NCBI GenBank assembly: GCA_964484095.1
Contig: CAZAEB010000002.1
Span: 1-43,539 of the forward strand
DNA: 43,539 nucleotides
Reading direction: 5' to 3'
Source of the DNA: an uncultured Gammaproteobacteria bacterium
GTDB taxonomy: Bacteria; Patescibacteriota; Microgenomatia; UBA12405; BS750m-G30
Part shown: positions 17,202-25,745 of the stretch, in pieces
Numbering within the stretch: the stretch's first letter is position 1
Layout: each line of letters begins with the position of its first letter
Position numbers and translations under genes: made by a program
Notes under the pieces: generated by a model
The model's input: only the letters and a program-made list of their open reading frames with translations
Database searches by the model: none
Told to the model about the DNA's origin: nothing

Positions 17202-17801
17202 ATGTTTAGTGGTAATTTCGATATTCAGATATTTGGCTCCAAGATAATAAAAAAGTTTAATCTTGGTATAAAGAGAGATAGGCAGCTCTCAAAACTGATA
17301 ACTCCTTATCTGGAAAACACAGATTGTGTTTTAGATATTGGCTTGGGGTTGGGAAGAATTGCCAAAATGATTAAAGACAGAGGACACAGAGTTGTTGGGG
17401 TGGACATAAAAAATTTGTCAATTGTTGACGATATTGTACCCGTTATTTACGACGGAAGAAAACTGCCCTTTAAGGACAATAGTTTTGATGTTTCTTTACT
17501 TATTACTGTTTTGCATCACACTCCTAATCCAGAGTTGGTTTTGCGAGAAGCAAAAAGAGTTTCCAAAAAAATTATTATTATTGAGGATATTTACAGAAAT
17601 AATTTTCAAAAACAGTTTACTTATTTCATGGACAGTCTGCTTAACTTTGAATTTTTCGGCCATCCGCACTCTAATAAAAGTGATTTGGGCTGGGTTAATT
17701 TATTTAAAAAACTTAGATTAAAACTAATCAATTCAAAATACATTAAAACATGGATGTTTTCCCAAGGAGTTTACTTTTTGGAAAAATATGTTAAAGAATA
17801 A
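17202..17801 (+). CDS. class I SAM-dependent methyltransferase
   Basis: Motif I VLDIGLGLGRIA, motif II VVGVDI, and post-motif FDVSLLITVLHH (Methyltransf_11-like). It starts 4 nt after the dinB-like stop. Confidence 0.75.
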   Translation: MFSGNFDIQIFGSKIIKKFNLGIKRDRQLSKLITPYLENTDCVLDIGLGLGRIAKMIKDRGHRVVGVDIKNLSIVDDIVPVIYDGRKLPFKDNSFDVSLLITVLHHTPNPELVLREAKRVSKKIIIIEDIYRNNFQKQFTYFMDSLLNFEFFGHPHSNKSDLGWVNLFKKLRLKLINSKYIKTWMFSQGVYFLEKYVKE

Positions 17802-18657
17802 CGCTTTTTTCTTTTTCTTCTTCTGGAGGCTTTACTAGAATGTAAGTATCCCTTTTTATTTCATCAACACCGATAAACTCTCCGTTTCCCTTTAAAATTT
17901 CTTCCATTGGTTGGCAGGCAAAGCAGCCATTGTCAGGACAGTCAAATTTTTCCAGCTGTCTGGCAAGCTTAATTTTCTTGGCTATTTTTAAAATGCTTTC
18001 TCGAGACTGATCAAGATCAGGGAGAGGTTTTTCGGTCAACTGAGGGCCTCTTTCTAAGTACCAATAGCTGGCTTTTTCAACTTTTCTTTCCTGGCAGTGG
18101 TGTACAAGAAGATGATAGATGGGAAGCTGGAGAGAGTTTGGTTTTTCATCGCTTTGGCTGGTTTTGAAATCAATGATATGAACACTGTTGCTGTCGGGAA
18201 GATATTCCAGCCAGTCGACTTTCCCGCAAAGAATAATGTTGTCTTTTTCTGAAAGCCAGAACCAGGGAAGGTCTTTTTTTATTTTTATGGCCAGTTTTAC
18301 TAAGGGACCAGGATTTTCTTTGACCATTTTAAGCATTAATTTGCCTCTTTGTTTGAAACGGTTTTCTTGGGTTGCATCTGTAAAGCCACCCTTTTTACCT
18401 GAAATTTTTTCCCAAGAGTTGGCAAACTTTTCAACTAATGGTTCGGAGAATCTTTTTTCGATAGGAAGAACAGAGAGCGACTCAACAACTTGATGAACTG
18501 CTTGGCCTAAAGCTAAATAAGGGTTCATTATTTTTACTTTGTGGCCGGTTTTGGGGTCTTTATAGATGTTTTTTAGATAGTAAGCCCGAGGACAAGTTAA
18601 AAAGTCGTTTATTGAGCTGTGGGAAACCCAAACAGCGCTGTATTTATCGCCAGTCAT
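17791..18657 (-). CDS. PD-(D/E)XK nuclease, Cas4/AddB-like with 4-Cys cluster
   Basis: N-terminal FLTCPRAYYL Cys, IIDFKTSQ and QLPIYHLL nuclease core motifs, and a C-terminal CPDNGCFAC cluster. The 3' end overlaps the methyltransferase gene by 11 nt (convergent). Confidence 0.75.
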   Translation of the reverse strand: MTGDKYSAVWVSHSSINDFLTCPRAYYLKNIYKDPKTGHKVKIMNPYLALGQAVHQVVESLSVLPIEKRFSEPLVEKFANSWEKISGKKGGFTDATQENRFKQRGKLMLKMVKENPGPLVKLAIKIKKDLPWFWLSEKDNIILCGKVDWLEYLPDSNSVHIIDFKTSQSDEKPNSLQLPIYHLLVHHCQERKVEKASYWYLERGPQLTEKPLPDLDQSRESILKIAKKIKLARQLEKFDCPDNGCFACQPMEEILKGNGEFIGVDEIKRDTYILVKPPEEEKEKSVIL

Positions 18658-18675
18658 AAACGTATTGTACCAAAT

Positions 18676-19719
18676 TTAGTGGTATTGATACTGGGCGTGA
18701 AGTTGACCACAGGCGGCTTTGATTGATTGGCCAGGAGAATGTCGGATGGTAACGTTTACTTTTGCCCTTTCTAACTCTCTTTTAAACCACAATATTTTAT
18801 TGTCGCTAGGGGATTGAAATTTATCAGATCTAGAAATTGGATGGTAGGCAATCAGATTAACATGATAAAGATAATTATCTTTTCTTTCTCTTATTAAATC
18901 TGCCAGTTCTTTTACATGAACCGAGGTATCATTGACCTGGTCAATCATTAGATAGGGTAGAAATATTTTTCGCTTGTTTTTTTCGATATGCTTGTCTAAA
19001 AGGTTAAAAACATCACTTATTGGGTATTGTTTTGAAATTGGCATCAGTTGTTTTCTTTGCTCCTCAAAAGGAGAGTGGAGAGAAAAGGCGACGTTAACTT
19101 GGGGAAATTTGGTGATTAACTTTTCAAGACCGGGAATTATTCCTACCGTGGAGACGTTTATTTTTCTTTGACTAAATCCAAAAAGATCACCGTCGGTAAG
19201 GTCCCTAATGGCTGAAAAAGTCGCCGGATTGAGAAGGGGCTCGCCCATTCCCATAAAAGATATGCTGTGGATTTTACTGCCAGTGGAAAGAAAATAAAAA
19301 ACCTGATCGGTAATTTCATCGGCAGTTAGATTTCTTTTTAGGCCGATTTTTCCAGTGGCGCAAAAAGCGCATCTTAAACTGCAGCCGATTTGAGAAGAGA
19401 CACAAACTGACTGCCAGCTTCGATAGTCCATTTTAACCGCTTCTATTTTTTGTTTGTCTTTGAGTTCGAAAAGAATTTTTTTCACTCCGAAGGATTGGCG
19501 TTTATCAATTGGCTTTAGGGATAAGGATGGGCCAAATCTTTTTTCAAGACTTTCTCTTAACGGTTTGGCAATATTAGTGATTTTTTGAAAGCTATCAATT
19601 TTTTGTTCAAAAATTGCCTGAACTATTTGCCGATAGCGGTAATTGGGCTCGCCTATACCGTCTAGGTATTTCTTTATCTGCCGGTAGCGGGATGGTGGAT
19701 TTACCGATTTTTTATTCAT
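18676..19719 (-). CDS. rlmN: 23S rRNA/tRNA adenine-C2 methyltransferase RlmN (radical SAM)
   Basis: Radical-SAM CSLRCAFCATG, the GMGEPL motif and the C-terminal catalytic Cys (AACGQL). Confidence 0.9.
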   Translation of the reverse strand: MNKKSVNPPSRYRQIKKYLDGIGEPNYRYRQIVQAIFEQKIDSFQKITNIAKPLRESLEKRFGPSLSLKPIDKRQSFGVKKILFELKDKQKIEAVKMDYRSWQSVCVSSQIGCSLRCAFCATGKIGLKRNLTADEITDQVFYFLSTGSKIHSISFMGMGEPLLNPATFSAIRDLTDGDLFGFSQRKINVSTVGIIPGLEKLITKFPQVNVAFSLHSPFEEQRKQLMPISKQYPISDVFNLLDKHIEKNKRKIFLPYLMIDQVNDTSVHVKELADLIRERKDNYLYHVNLIAYHPISRSDKFQSPSDNKILWFKRELERAKVNVTIRHSPGQSIKAACGQLHAQYQYH

Positions 19720-19726
19720 CCTGCAT

Positions 19727-19732
19727 ATTTTA
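19727..19732 (-). promoter_or_regulatory. -10 box TAAAAT 7 nt upstream of the rlmN ATG (leaderless layout)
   Basis: The minus strand reads GTGTAAAAT-ATGCAGG-ATG. Confidence 0.4.
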
Positions 19733-19775
19733 CACCAAAGCTAACTGGAGGCAAAATACATATTATGGGTTTTTT

Positions 19776-19784
19776 TGATACAAT
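19776..19784 (+). promoter_or_regulatory. extended -10 (TGaTACAAT) 5 nt upstream of the GNAT gene ATG (leaderless layout)
   Basis: TGATACAAT-AGCGA-ATG. Confidence 0.5.
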
Positions 19785-19789
19785 AGCGA

Positions 19790-20308
19790 ATGGAAAAAAC
19801 ACCTGTAGTTGTGTTGCCTTTAAAAAAAGAAGACATTCCCAAATTAATTGAGATTCTTGCTCAACATGTAATAGATGAAAAAACTGGGGAAGTATTACGG
19901 GAGGAGATTAATGAAATTAAAGATTGGATGAGTGGAAAGCGTGATAATTATGGCAGAGTTAGAAAGTACTTTGTAGCAAAAAATAAGAGAGGAGAGGTTT
20001 TGGGAAGCATGGCTTATTCAGAACCAAATCCGGAGATGTTAAGCCATTTTAATACGCCTAAACAGTCAGCCGAACTTTCTAACGCTTTTGTTTCCAGTAG
20101 TGTATTTCGCGGCCAAGGTGTAGGCAGACAAATACTGGAAACGATTTTTGATATAGCCAGAAAAGATGACAAGAAATATTTATTGGTTCGCAGTAAGCCA
20201 AGGTATAAAAAAAGCTGGGGTTTTTATGACAAAATGTTTGATGAGTCTTGGGGGTTTTTAAAAGACGAAAGCGGCGCAAGCAGGAAAACCTGGTGGAAAA
20301 AATTGTAG
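19790..20308 (+). CDS. GNAT-family N-acetyltransferase
   Basis: 172 aa with the acetyl-CoA binding motif A (FRGQGVGRQILE). Confidence 0.7.
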   Translation: MEKTPVVVLPLKKEDIPKLIEILAQHVIDEKTGEVLREEINEIKDWMSGKRDNYGRVRKYFVAKNKRGEVLGSMAYSEPNPEMLSHFNTPKQSAELSNAFVSSSVFRGQGVGRQILETIFDIARKDDKKYLLVRSKPRYKKSWGFYDKMFDESWGFLKDESGASRKTWWKKL

Positions 20309-20326
20309 AATATATGAAAGGAATTT

Positions 20327-22369
20327 ATGAAAGAATTGACAAGCGACAAGTTTCTCAAGAAGTTCTATTTATTAGGATCTTTGTTATTTGTTTTTGCTGT
20401 TATTTATTTCAATCGCTGGATTTTTTCTTTTCGCTACGACTCTAATTATTATGAGAACTACTACTATCACTCACAATGGAATATTCCTGAAAGCACACGG
20501 GTAATCCCTGACGAAGATCTTTATAAATTTGTTGGCTTCCGGTTGGCTGAAGGAGGCAATCCTTTTGATATTAATTACGAAGCGCCGCCAGCAGCTAAAT
20601 ATATTTATGGTCTTTCCTCGAAATACTTAAACAATCCTTACTTTGCCAGTTTCGCTTTTTATGCACTTGCCTTAATTGCCTTTTTCTTTCTAGCGAGAGT
20701 GGTTTTTTCTAATACTTTTCCACTATTAGTGGCCGTATTTTTGTTTGTAACTAGTTCGATTTTGGCAGCACAAATTGGGCAGACAATGCTTGATTTGCCA
20801 CAGATGTTGTGGTTGCTTTTGCATTTGTATTTTTTTCTTACGGGTATTAAAAAGGAATACAGTCGACCAATAGTTCGCTTAGGTTTGGCTGGTATATTTT
20901 TGGGTTTAATGACGGGAACCAAAATAGGTGTTTATACCCCATTAATTTTCTTAATTGATTTAGTTTATATCGCTATTACTGTAAAAGATTTTAAATCAGC
21001 TATTTTATTTACTGCTGGTATTGGCGGCGGTTATTTGTTGGCTTTTTTCTGCTATTTTATCCGACACCCGAACCCTTTTCCTTGGTTGCGGCTTCACAAA
21101 AGAATAGTTGATTTCTATTTAAGTTGTGTTCAATCGTCGGATTGGTTGAACCAATATCGAACTATCTTTAGTAATCGTTACCAGGGCTGGTGGAATCCTG
21201 GTGTTTTTATTAAAGCGGACAGCTGGTCATTACTTTGGCCGGCGGGAGCTATTTCAGTTACTATCTTGTTGGTTAAATCTTTAGTAGCAAAACAATGGTT
21301 TAAAAATATTACCTATTTAGTTTTTATCAGTATTAGTATTTTACTGGTTAATACCTTTGTTGCATTTTGGCCTAGGTATCTTTTATTAGTTTTGCCGATT
21401 TTTGTTTTAACAGCAACATATATTGTTCGTAATAATAAATTGTTGTTAATAATTCTTTCAATCTTTAATTTTCCTTTTTTACTTAACACTCTTATTCCTT
21501 CTCCTCAAAAAACGGCAGAGCTGGTGGCAAAATACTTGCAAACCGATGCTTACGGCGAGCTCTATCATCTTTCTAGCGCGCAAACCGTTGGGGAGTATGA
21601 ATTTAAAACAATCCTGGCTAACGCTAAAACTGATTTATTGATACTAGACAGTCAGGTTAGTGTTGAAAATATTTATTACAAAAGGTTTGAAAAAGAAGCT
21701 AGAGTTGAGCTTGTTTTAAAATATGACACTCTTCTTGGCAGTTTAGAGCACAACAAAGAGGTGTTTTTGGAAAACAAAAAGGGCCAGTGGAGATTGGTTT
21801 GGCAGGATGACATTGTCTTGCTAAATTTTCAAAGAGAAAATCGGATTATTGTTAATATCAATTCTTTGCCAGTTTCTAATATTTATACCAAGGATAACGT
21901 TTTAGTGGCAAAAAGTGGCAGTTGGCCGTTTGTTACCATTATCCCTCGACTTATTAAAGATTGGAGAGCTACCCTAATAGCTCTTGGTAATATTAATAAT
22001 AGGGGGGACAATTGGGATCTCATTAAAAGAGTTGTCCCAGATGAATATCCAGTTTCTATCGGTTTTGCGAAATTGGATTTCAAAAAACAGGACCTAGAAT
22101 TATTAAAAAGTTTGCCTGGTGTTGGAGTTAAGCAGTTGCCTCATATCATGGCGCTGGATGAATATCGTTTACAAAAAGAGTTGATTGAGGTCATTGATCA
22201 GTATATTAGCGCTAATCCCTCCATGTTTTCCCCGACCGGTGAAATTGTTGTTGCCGATCAATCTGGTCGAGAATTATCTTTATTAATTGACAATAACCCT
22301 ATTTTAATAAGCAAGGACATTTATTTAGAGAAAACCTTAGAAGAAATCCTAACTACAAAAGGCGAATAG
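20327..22369 (+). CDS. polytopic GT-C-like membrane protein fused to an NTF2-like plus PBP-dimerisation ('pedestal')-like extracytoplasmic domain
   Basis: The first ~390 aa are multi-TM, with a DEDLY acidic motif in the first loop as in PMT/ArnT-type GT-C enzymes. The C-terminal ~290 aa resemble the MecA_N/NTF2 fold (KKGQWRLVWQDDIVL) and the PBP dimer domain (NIYTKDNVLVA...LKSLPGVGV). No SxxK/SxN/KTG transpeptidase motifs are present. Confidence 0.5.
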   Translation: MKELTSDKFLKKFYLLGSLLFVFAVIYFNRWIFSFRYDSNYYENYYYHSQWNIPESTRVIPDEDLYKFVGFRLAEGGNPFDINYEAPPAAKYIYGLSSKYLNNPYFASFAFYALALIAFFFLARVVFSNTFPLLVAVFLFVTSSILAAQIGQTMLDLPQMLWLLLHLYFFLTGIKKEYSRPIVRLGLAGIFLGLMTGTKIGVYTPLIFLIDLVYIAITVKDFKSAILFTAGIGGGYLLAFFCYFIRHPNPFPWLRLHKRIVDFYLSCVQSSDWLNQYRTIFSNRYQGWWNPGVFIKADSWSLLWPAGAISVTILLVKSLVAKQWFKNITYLVFISISILLVNTFVAFWPRYLLLVLPIFVLTATYIVRNNKLLLIILSIFNFPFLLNTLIPSPQKTAELVAKYLQTDAYGELYHLSSAQTVGEYEFKTILANAKTDLLILDSQVSVENIYYKRFEKEARVELVLKYDTLLGSLEHNKEVFLENKKGQWRLVWQDDIVLLNFQRENRIIVNINSLPVSNIYTKDNVLVAKSGSWPFVTIIPRLIKDWRATLIALGNINNRGDNWDLIKRVVPDEYPVSIGFAKLDFKKQDLELLKSLPGVGVKQLPHIMALDEYRLQKELIEVIDQYISANPSMFSPTGEIVVADQSGRELSLLIDNNPILISKDIYLEKTLEEILTTKGE

Positions 22370-23122
22370 TTAAAAGTTCAAAATCGTTTGCAAGAGTAGT
22401 TTTTTTACCTTAGAAGCATTTTCACTCATTCTCTTTAGAATTATTTCAAATGTTACCGGTTCTTCGTCTTCTTTCCAGCAGTCGTAATCGGTGGACATGG
22501 CGATAGACTGATATGGGATGTTAATTTCATTGGCTAAAACCACCTCAGGAACAGTAGTCATATTAATAAGATCCGCTCCCCAAGAGCGAAAAAGATAAGA
22601 TTCTGCTCTGGTAGAAAAACGCGGGCCTTCGATAGTAATTAAGGTCCCTTTGGGATGAAAATTTAGTTTAAGAGAGGAGGCTTGCTTAATCAACTTTTTT
22701 CTCAAATTTAAGTCAAAAGGATCAGCCATTGGAGTATGGATAACCTTGTTTGAAAAAAATGTTAAAGGGCGAAGTTTAGTAAAGTCGATAAATTGATCGG
22801 GAAAAACCAAATCACCGGGTTTTATTCTTTTTCTTAGAGAACCACAGGCAGTAGTGGCAAGAATGTGGCTGCAGCCCATCTTTTTGAGAGCCCAAATATT
22901 GGCTTGAAAAGGAATTTGAGTGGGAGTAATGGAGTGTTTCGGGCCATGACGGGAAAGAATTGCTACCGGATGATTTCCAATTTTTCCAAGAGTAATCGGA
23001 CTGGCAGGAGAACCGTAAGGAGTTTTGATTGATTTTCGGGAAGGATTTTTCAATATTTTAGGATCATCAAGACCACTGCCGCCGATAATACCGATCTTTA
23101 TTTTCATCCTATTCTTTATCAT
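22370..23122 (-). CDS. mtnP: S-methyl-5'-thioadenosine phosphorylase
   Basis: PNP family-2 signatures IGIIGGSGL, LSRHG, ACGSL and NMTTVPE. It abuts the convergent upstream gene with 0 nt spacing. Confidence 0.85.
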   Translation of the reverse strand: MIKNRMKIKIGIIGGSGLDDPKILKNPSRKSIKTPYGSPASPITLGKIGNHPVAILSRHGPKHSITPTQIPFQANIWALKKMGCSHILATTACGSLRKRIKPGDLVFPDQFIDFTKLRPLTFFSNKVIHTPMADPFDLNLRKKLIKQASSLKLNFHPKGTLITIEGPRFSTRAESYLFRSWGADLINMTTVPEVVLANEINIPYQSIAMSTDYDCWKEDEEPVTFEIILKRMSENASKVKKLLLQTILNF

Positions 23123-23633
23123 AACTAACCAGCCAGTTTAGGTTGTATTTTTTAAGTTTTTGACTGCCTCCTAAAAAAGGCAGATCAACGATAAAACTAA
23201 TCCCCTTTATTTCTCCGCCAAGTTTTTTAACCATTTTGACGGTTGCCAGCATTGTGCCGCCGGTAGCCAGAAGATCGTCTAAAATAATAACTTTTTCACC
23301 CGAGACAATAGTGTCTTTGTGCATGGTTAAAGTGTCAGGCCCATATTCTTTTTGGTAAGTAGCCTGGATGGTTTTGTAAGGAAGTTTACCGTTTTTTCTA
23401 ACCAGACAAACTCCAGCGCCGATTTTGTAGGCAATAGGAGTGGCCAGTAGAAATCCTCTTGCATCAATAGCAATTACCTTGTCAATTTTTTGAGATAAAT
23501 ACGGCTTGGTTAGTTGGTCGATAACATATTTATGAATTTTGGCATCTTGAAAGAGAGTAGTGACATCTTTGAAATTGACTCCTTTAATTGGCCAGTCAGC
23601 AACTTCGCGGATGTATGGTTTTAAATCCATCAC
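23109..23633 (-). CDS. apt: adenine phosphoribosyltransferase
   Basis: PRPP-binding loop VIILDDLLATGGT and a typical Apt N-terminus. The start is GTG 23633 or ATG 23630. It overlaps mtnP by 14 nt. Confidence 0.9.
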   Translation of the reverse strand: MMDLKPYIREVADWPIKGVNFKDVTTLFQDAKIHKYVIDQLTKPYLSQKIDKVIAIDARGFLLATPIAYKIGAGVCLVRKNGKLPYKTIQATYQKEYGPDTLTMHKDTIVSGEKVIILDDLLATGGTMLATVKMVKKLGGEIKGISFIVDLPFLGGSQKLKKYNLNWLVSYDKE

Positions 23634-23669
23634 CTCTCAATTATATAGATCTTCCTTAATTATGCAAAA

Positions 23670-25127
23670 TCAGTAATTAATTTCATAAATAGAAAGAAGG
23701 GGATATTTATTATCTTCACTTATCAGATTAAGTTTAAAATTTTCCAATGATTTTTCCAGCAGTCCTTTTTTATCGTTATTTTTTGAAATTATGTGAATTT
23801 GCTGGCCGTCATATTGCCAATATGGAAAAGTTAATGCCTGTTTGGATATGTACACTCTTTTGTTTTCTTTTAAATTGTTTTCTATCGTTTTGACAATTTC
23901 TTTTTTATTTAAATCGTTGACGATATATAAGGCGTTGGTAAAATTTAGCTGGGGTCTTTGATAGTCGGAAAGAATTAATAGATTGTTTTTGTCAATTTTG
24001 GCTTTATTAATTATTTCTTGTTGAATTATTGGAAAGGGGGTTTTTTGAAAGGCAAGAAAGGTTGATAAGAAAAAAGTAATTAACAAAGCAATATATCCCC
24101 AATAAATTTTTTTAGATTTTATTAGACCAACGACAAGGGCAAAAAAGTAACCAATTAAACTACTATACCGACCATATAATCCTCCGTACCAAAACTTTCC
24201 GGTGATAAAAAAGGGAATCAGAAATGAGATTACTAAGATGATTAATAATTTTTTATTTACTGCTTTTATTTTGATAATTCCGGCAATGATTAGGGCGGCA
24301 AGAATAATAGTAAAGGGGGAATAGCCGTGCCAGGAAATTAAAAATATATTTCTTGCCGTTCTTATTAAGTTGATAAAATTCCAATCGGAAAAAATATTGC
24401 TCGCGCCATAGCTGAAAACCAATTCGGCAATGCGTTTATTGGGATCAATAATATTAGATGGCAAAACTAAATAGAGAAACGCAAAGCCAGCTATTAAGGA
24501 AAGTACTATAGTGATAGCGGGGGGGAATAAGTTTTTGATAGATAGTTTTAAGCGAAGAAAAGTAAATCCAAAAATAACCGGAAACCAAATGATTGTGCCG
24601 GGGAAATTTAAAATTGCCAAGCTCCATAAAACAATTGTCGCTAAAACCGAAACATATACTTTTATTTTTTGGTCAGTTTTTCTTTGTTGGTAATTTTGTA
24701 AAAATATATCAAATGTTAAAAGGCCGGCAAGGAAAAGTCCTTGTTCAACCGCCTCATGCATAATATTTGTTTGTACAATCCAGAGGTGAGGGAAAAATAT
24801 TAAAGCAAATCCGCCGGCAATGGCGATTTTTTTATTAAATAATCTTTTTATTAAAAACAAAAAAGAAATGAAACCAACAAGGCCAAAAAGGGCCGATATA
24901 AAACTTAATGCAAAGGGACTGGGCTGGCCGGTAATGAGTATAGATATTTTTTGAAATAGCTGGCTTACAAAAAGATAAACAGGATGGACCGATTGGTGAG
25001 AAAGGGTGATTGATTCAAAAAAACCCTTTTGGGAGAGTTGGTAATATTCTGGGGAATCGTAAAAGTGAGGGTAATTAGCGAGGAATAAAAAACGGGAAAG
25101 CGCAAAAAGAAGGATAACTTTTTTCAT
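23670..25127 (-). CDS. polytopic membrane protein, probable GT-C-fold glycosyltransferase (ArnT/PMT/DUF2723-like)
   Basis: About 12 predicted TM helices, an acidic first-loop motif (FYDSPEYY) and a soluble C-terminal domain. ATG at 25127 is preferred over the ORF-track TTG at 25130. Confidence 0.5.
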   Translation of the reverse strand: MKKVILLFALSRFLFLANYPHFYDSPEYYQLSQKGFFESITLSHQSVHPVYLFVSQLFQKISILITGQPSPFALSFISALFGLVGFISFLFLIKRLFNKKIAIAGGFALIFFPHLWIVQTNIMHEAVEQGLFLAGLLTFDIFLQNYQQRKTDQKIKVYVSVLATIVLWSLAILNFPGTIIWFPVIFGFTFLRLKLSIKNLFPPAITIVLSLIAGFAFLYLVLPSNIIDPNKRIAELVFSYGASNIFSDWNFINLIRTARNIFLISWHGYSPFTIILAALIIAGIIKIKAVNKKLLIILVISFLIPFFITGKFWYGGLYGRYSSLIGYFFALVVGLIKSKKIYWGYIALLITFFLSTFLAFQKTPFPIIQQEIINKAKIDKNNLLILSDYQRPQLNFTNALYIVNDLNKKEIVKTIENNLKENKRVYISKQALTFPYWQYDGQQIHIISKNNDKKGLLEKSLENFKLNLISEDNKYPLLSIYEINY

Positions 25128-25264
25128 CAAGAGCCTTTTAATATTTTTATATAGCTGTCAAAAAAGGATTTGGAACAGTCGCGAAGACAATCTAAAACGC
25201 TCCAGGAAACAATAATTATACTTAGTTCGGGAGAACTAGAAGCATAATCTTGCACCAGCATCAT
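25127..25264 (-). pseudogene. 5' fragment of a GT2-family glycosyltransferase gene (45 codons), copy 1
   Basis: The minus strand reads MMLVQDYASSSPELSIIIVSWSVLDCLRDCSKSFF..., which is the canonical GT2 N-terminus (xLSIIIVSxN..L..CL.S). It stops after 45 aa. The TGA overlaps the ATG of the GT-C gene (TGATG). Confidence 0.45.
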
Positions 25265-25439
25265 CTTAAAATAAAAATAAAACAGAATTTCGGAAAAGGC
25301 AAATCAAGAAAAAACAGAGCCAAGAAGATAACAAAAACCAATAATTTTCTTAATTTTTTTAAACTCATACTCTTTTGGATTAATTATAACTCAAAGAAAA
25401 CAGTTTTCCAGGCAACAATAAATTATTCGAAAGACACCT

Positions 25440-25613
25440 TTAGGCTTTTGCTTGATATATGTGCATTGTTTGGTTCAGTCTTGCTAAAATAAATTTACAG
25501 TATGAAAAAAGATTTTTTAAAGACATAAGGCGGTTGCGAAGATAATTTTTAACATCCCGAGAAACAATGATTATACTTAGTTCAGAGGGGTCGGAAGTGT
25601 TGTTTGGACTCAT
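25440..25613 (-). pseudogene. 5' fragment of a GT2-family glycosyltransferase gene (57 codons), copy 2
   Basis: The minus strand reads MSPNNTSDPSELSIIIVSRDVKNYLRNRL.... Nucleotides 25533-25598 align without gaps to 25178-25243 (46/66 identical, 40/51 in the core), offset 355 bp. Confidence 0.4.
25477..25525 (+). repeat. ghost copy of the P-type ATPase promoter and first 8 codons (partner 31631-31679)
   Basis: 43/49 nt are identical, ungapped. It includes TGcTAAAAT (versus TGtTAGAAT) and ATGAAAAAAGATTTT. The copy reads MKKDFLKT and then TAA. Confidence 0.7.
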
Positions 25614-25745
25614 ATTTGTATTTTATTAAAAACAATAAATTCTGATGCGATAAGAATTTCTCGAATTTTAAATTAATTTTGGACAACAAAAATCTGCATA
25701 AGTATTTCATTATGCTGTTAATCGTTTACAAGACTTAGGATTTAT

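Noticed and set aside
25250-25492. An 80-aa plus-strand ORF (MHQHHLKIKIKQNFGKGKSRKNRAKK...) in the large intergenic gap.
   Set aside because: It is low-complexity Lys/Asn-rich sequence typical of an AT-rich non-coding region. It has no start context. It lies antisense to the minus-strand mini-ORF at 25261-25368 and to parts of both GT2 fragments (25127-25264 and 25440-25613).
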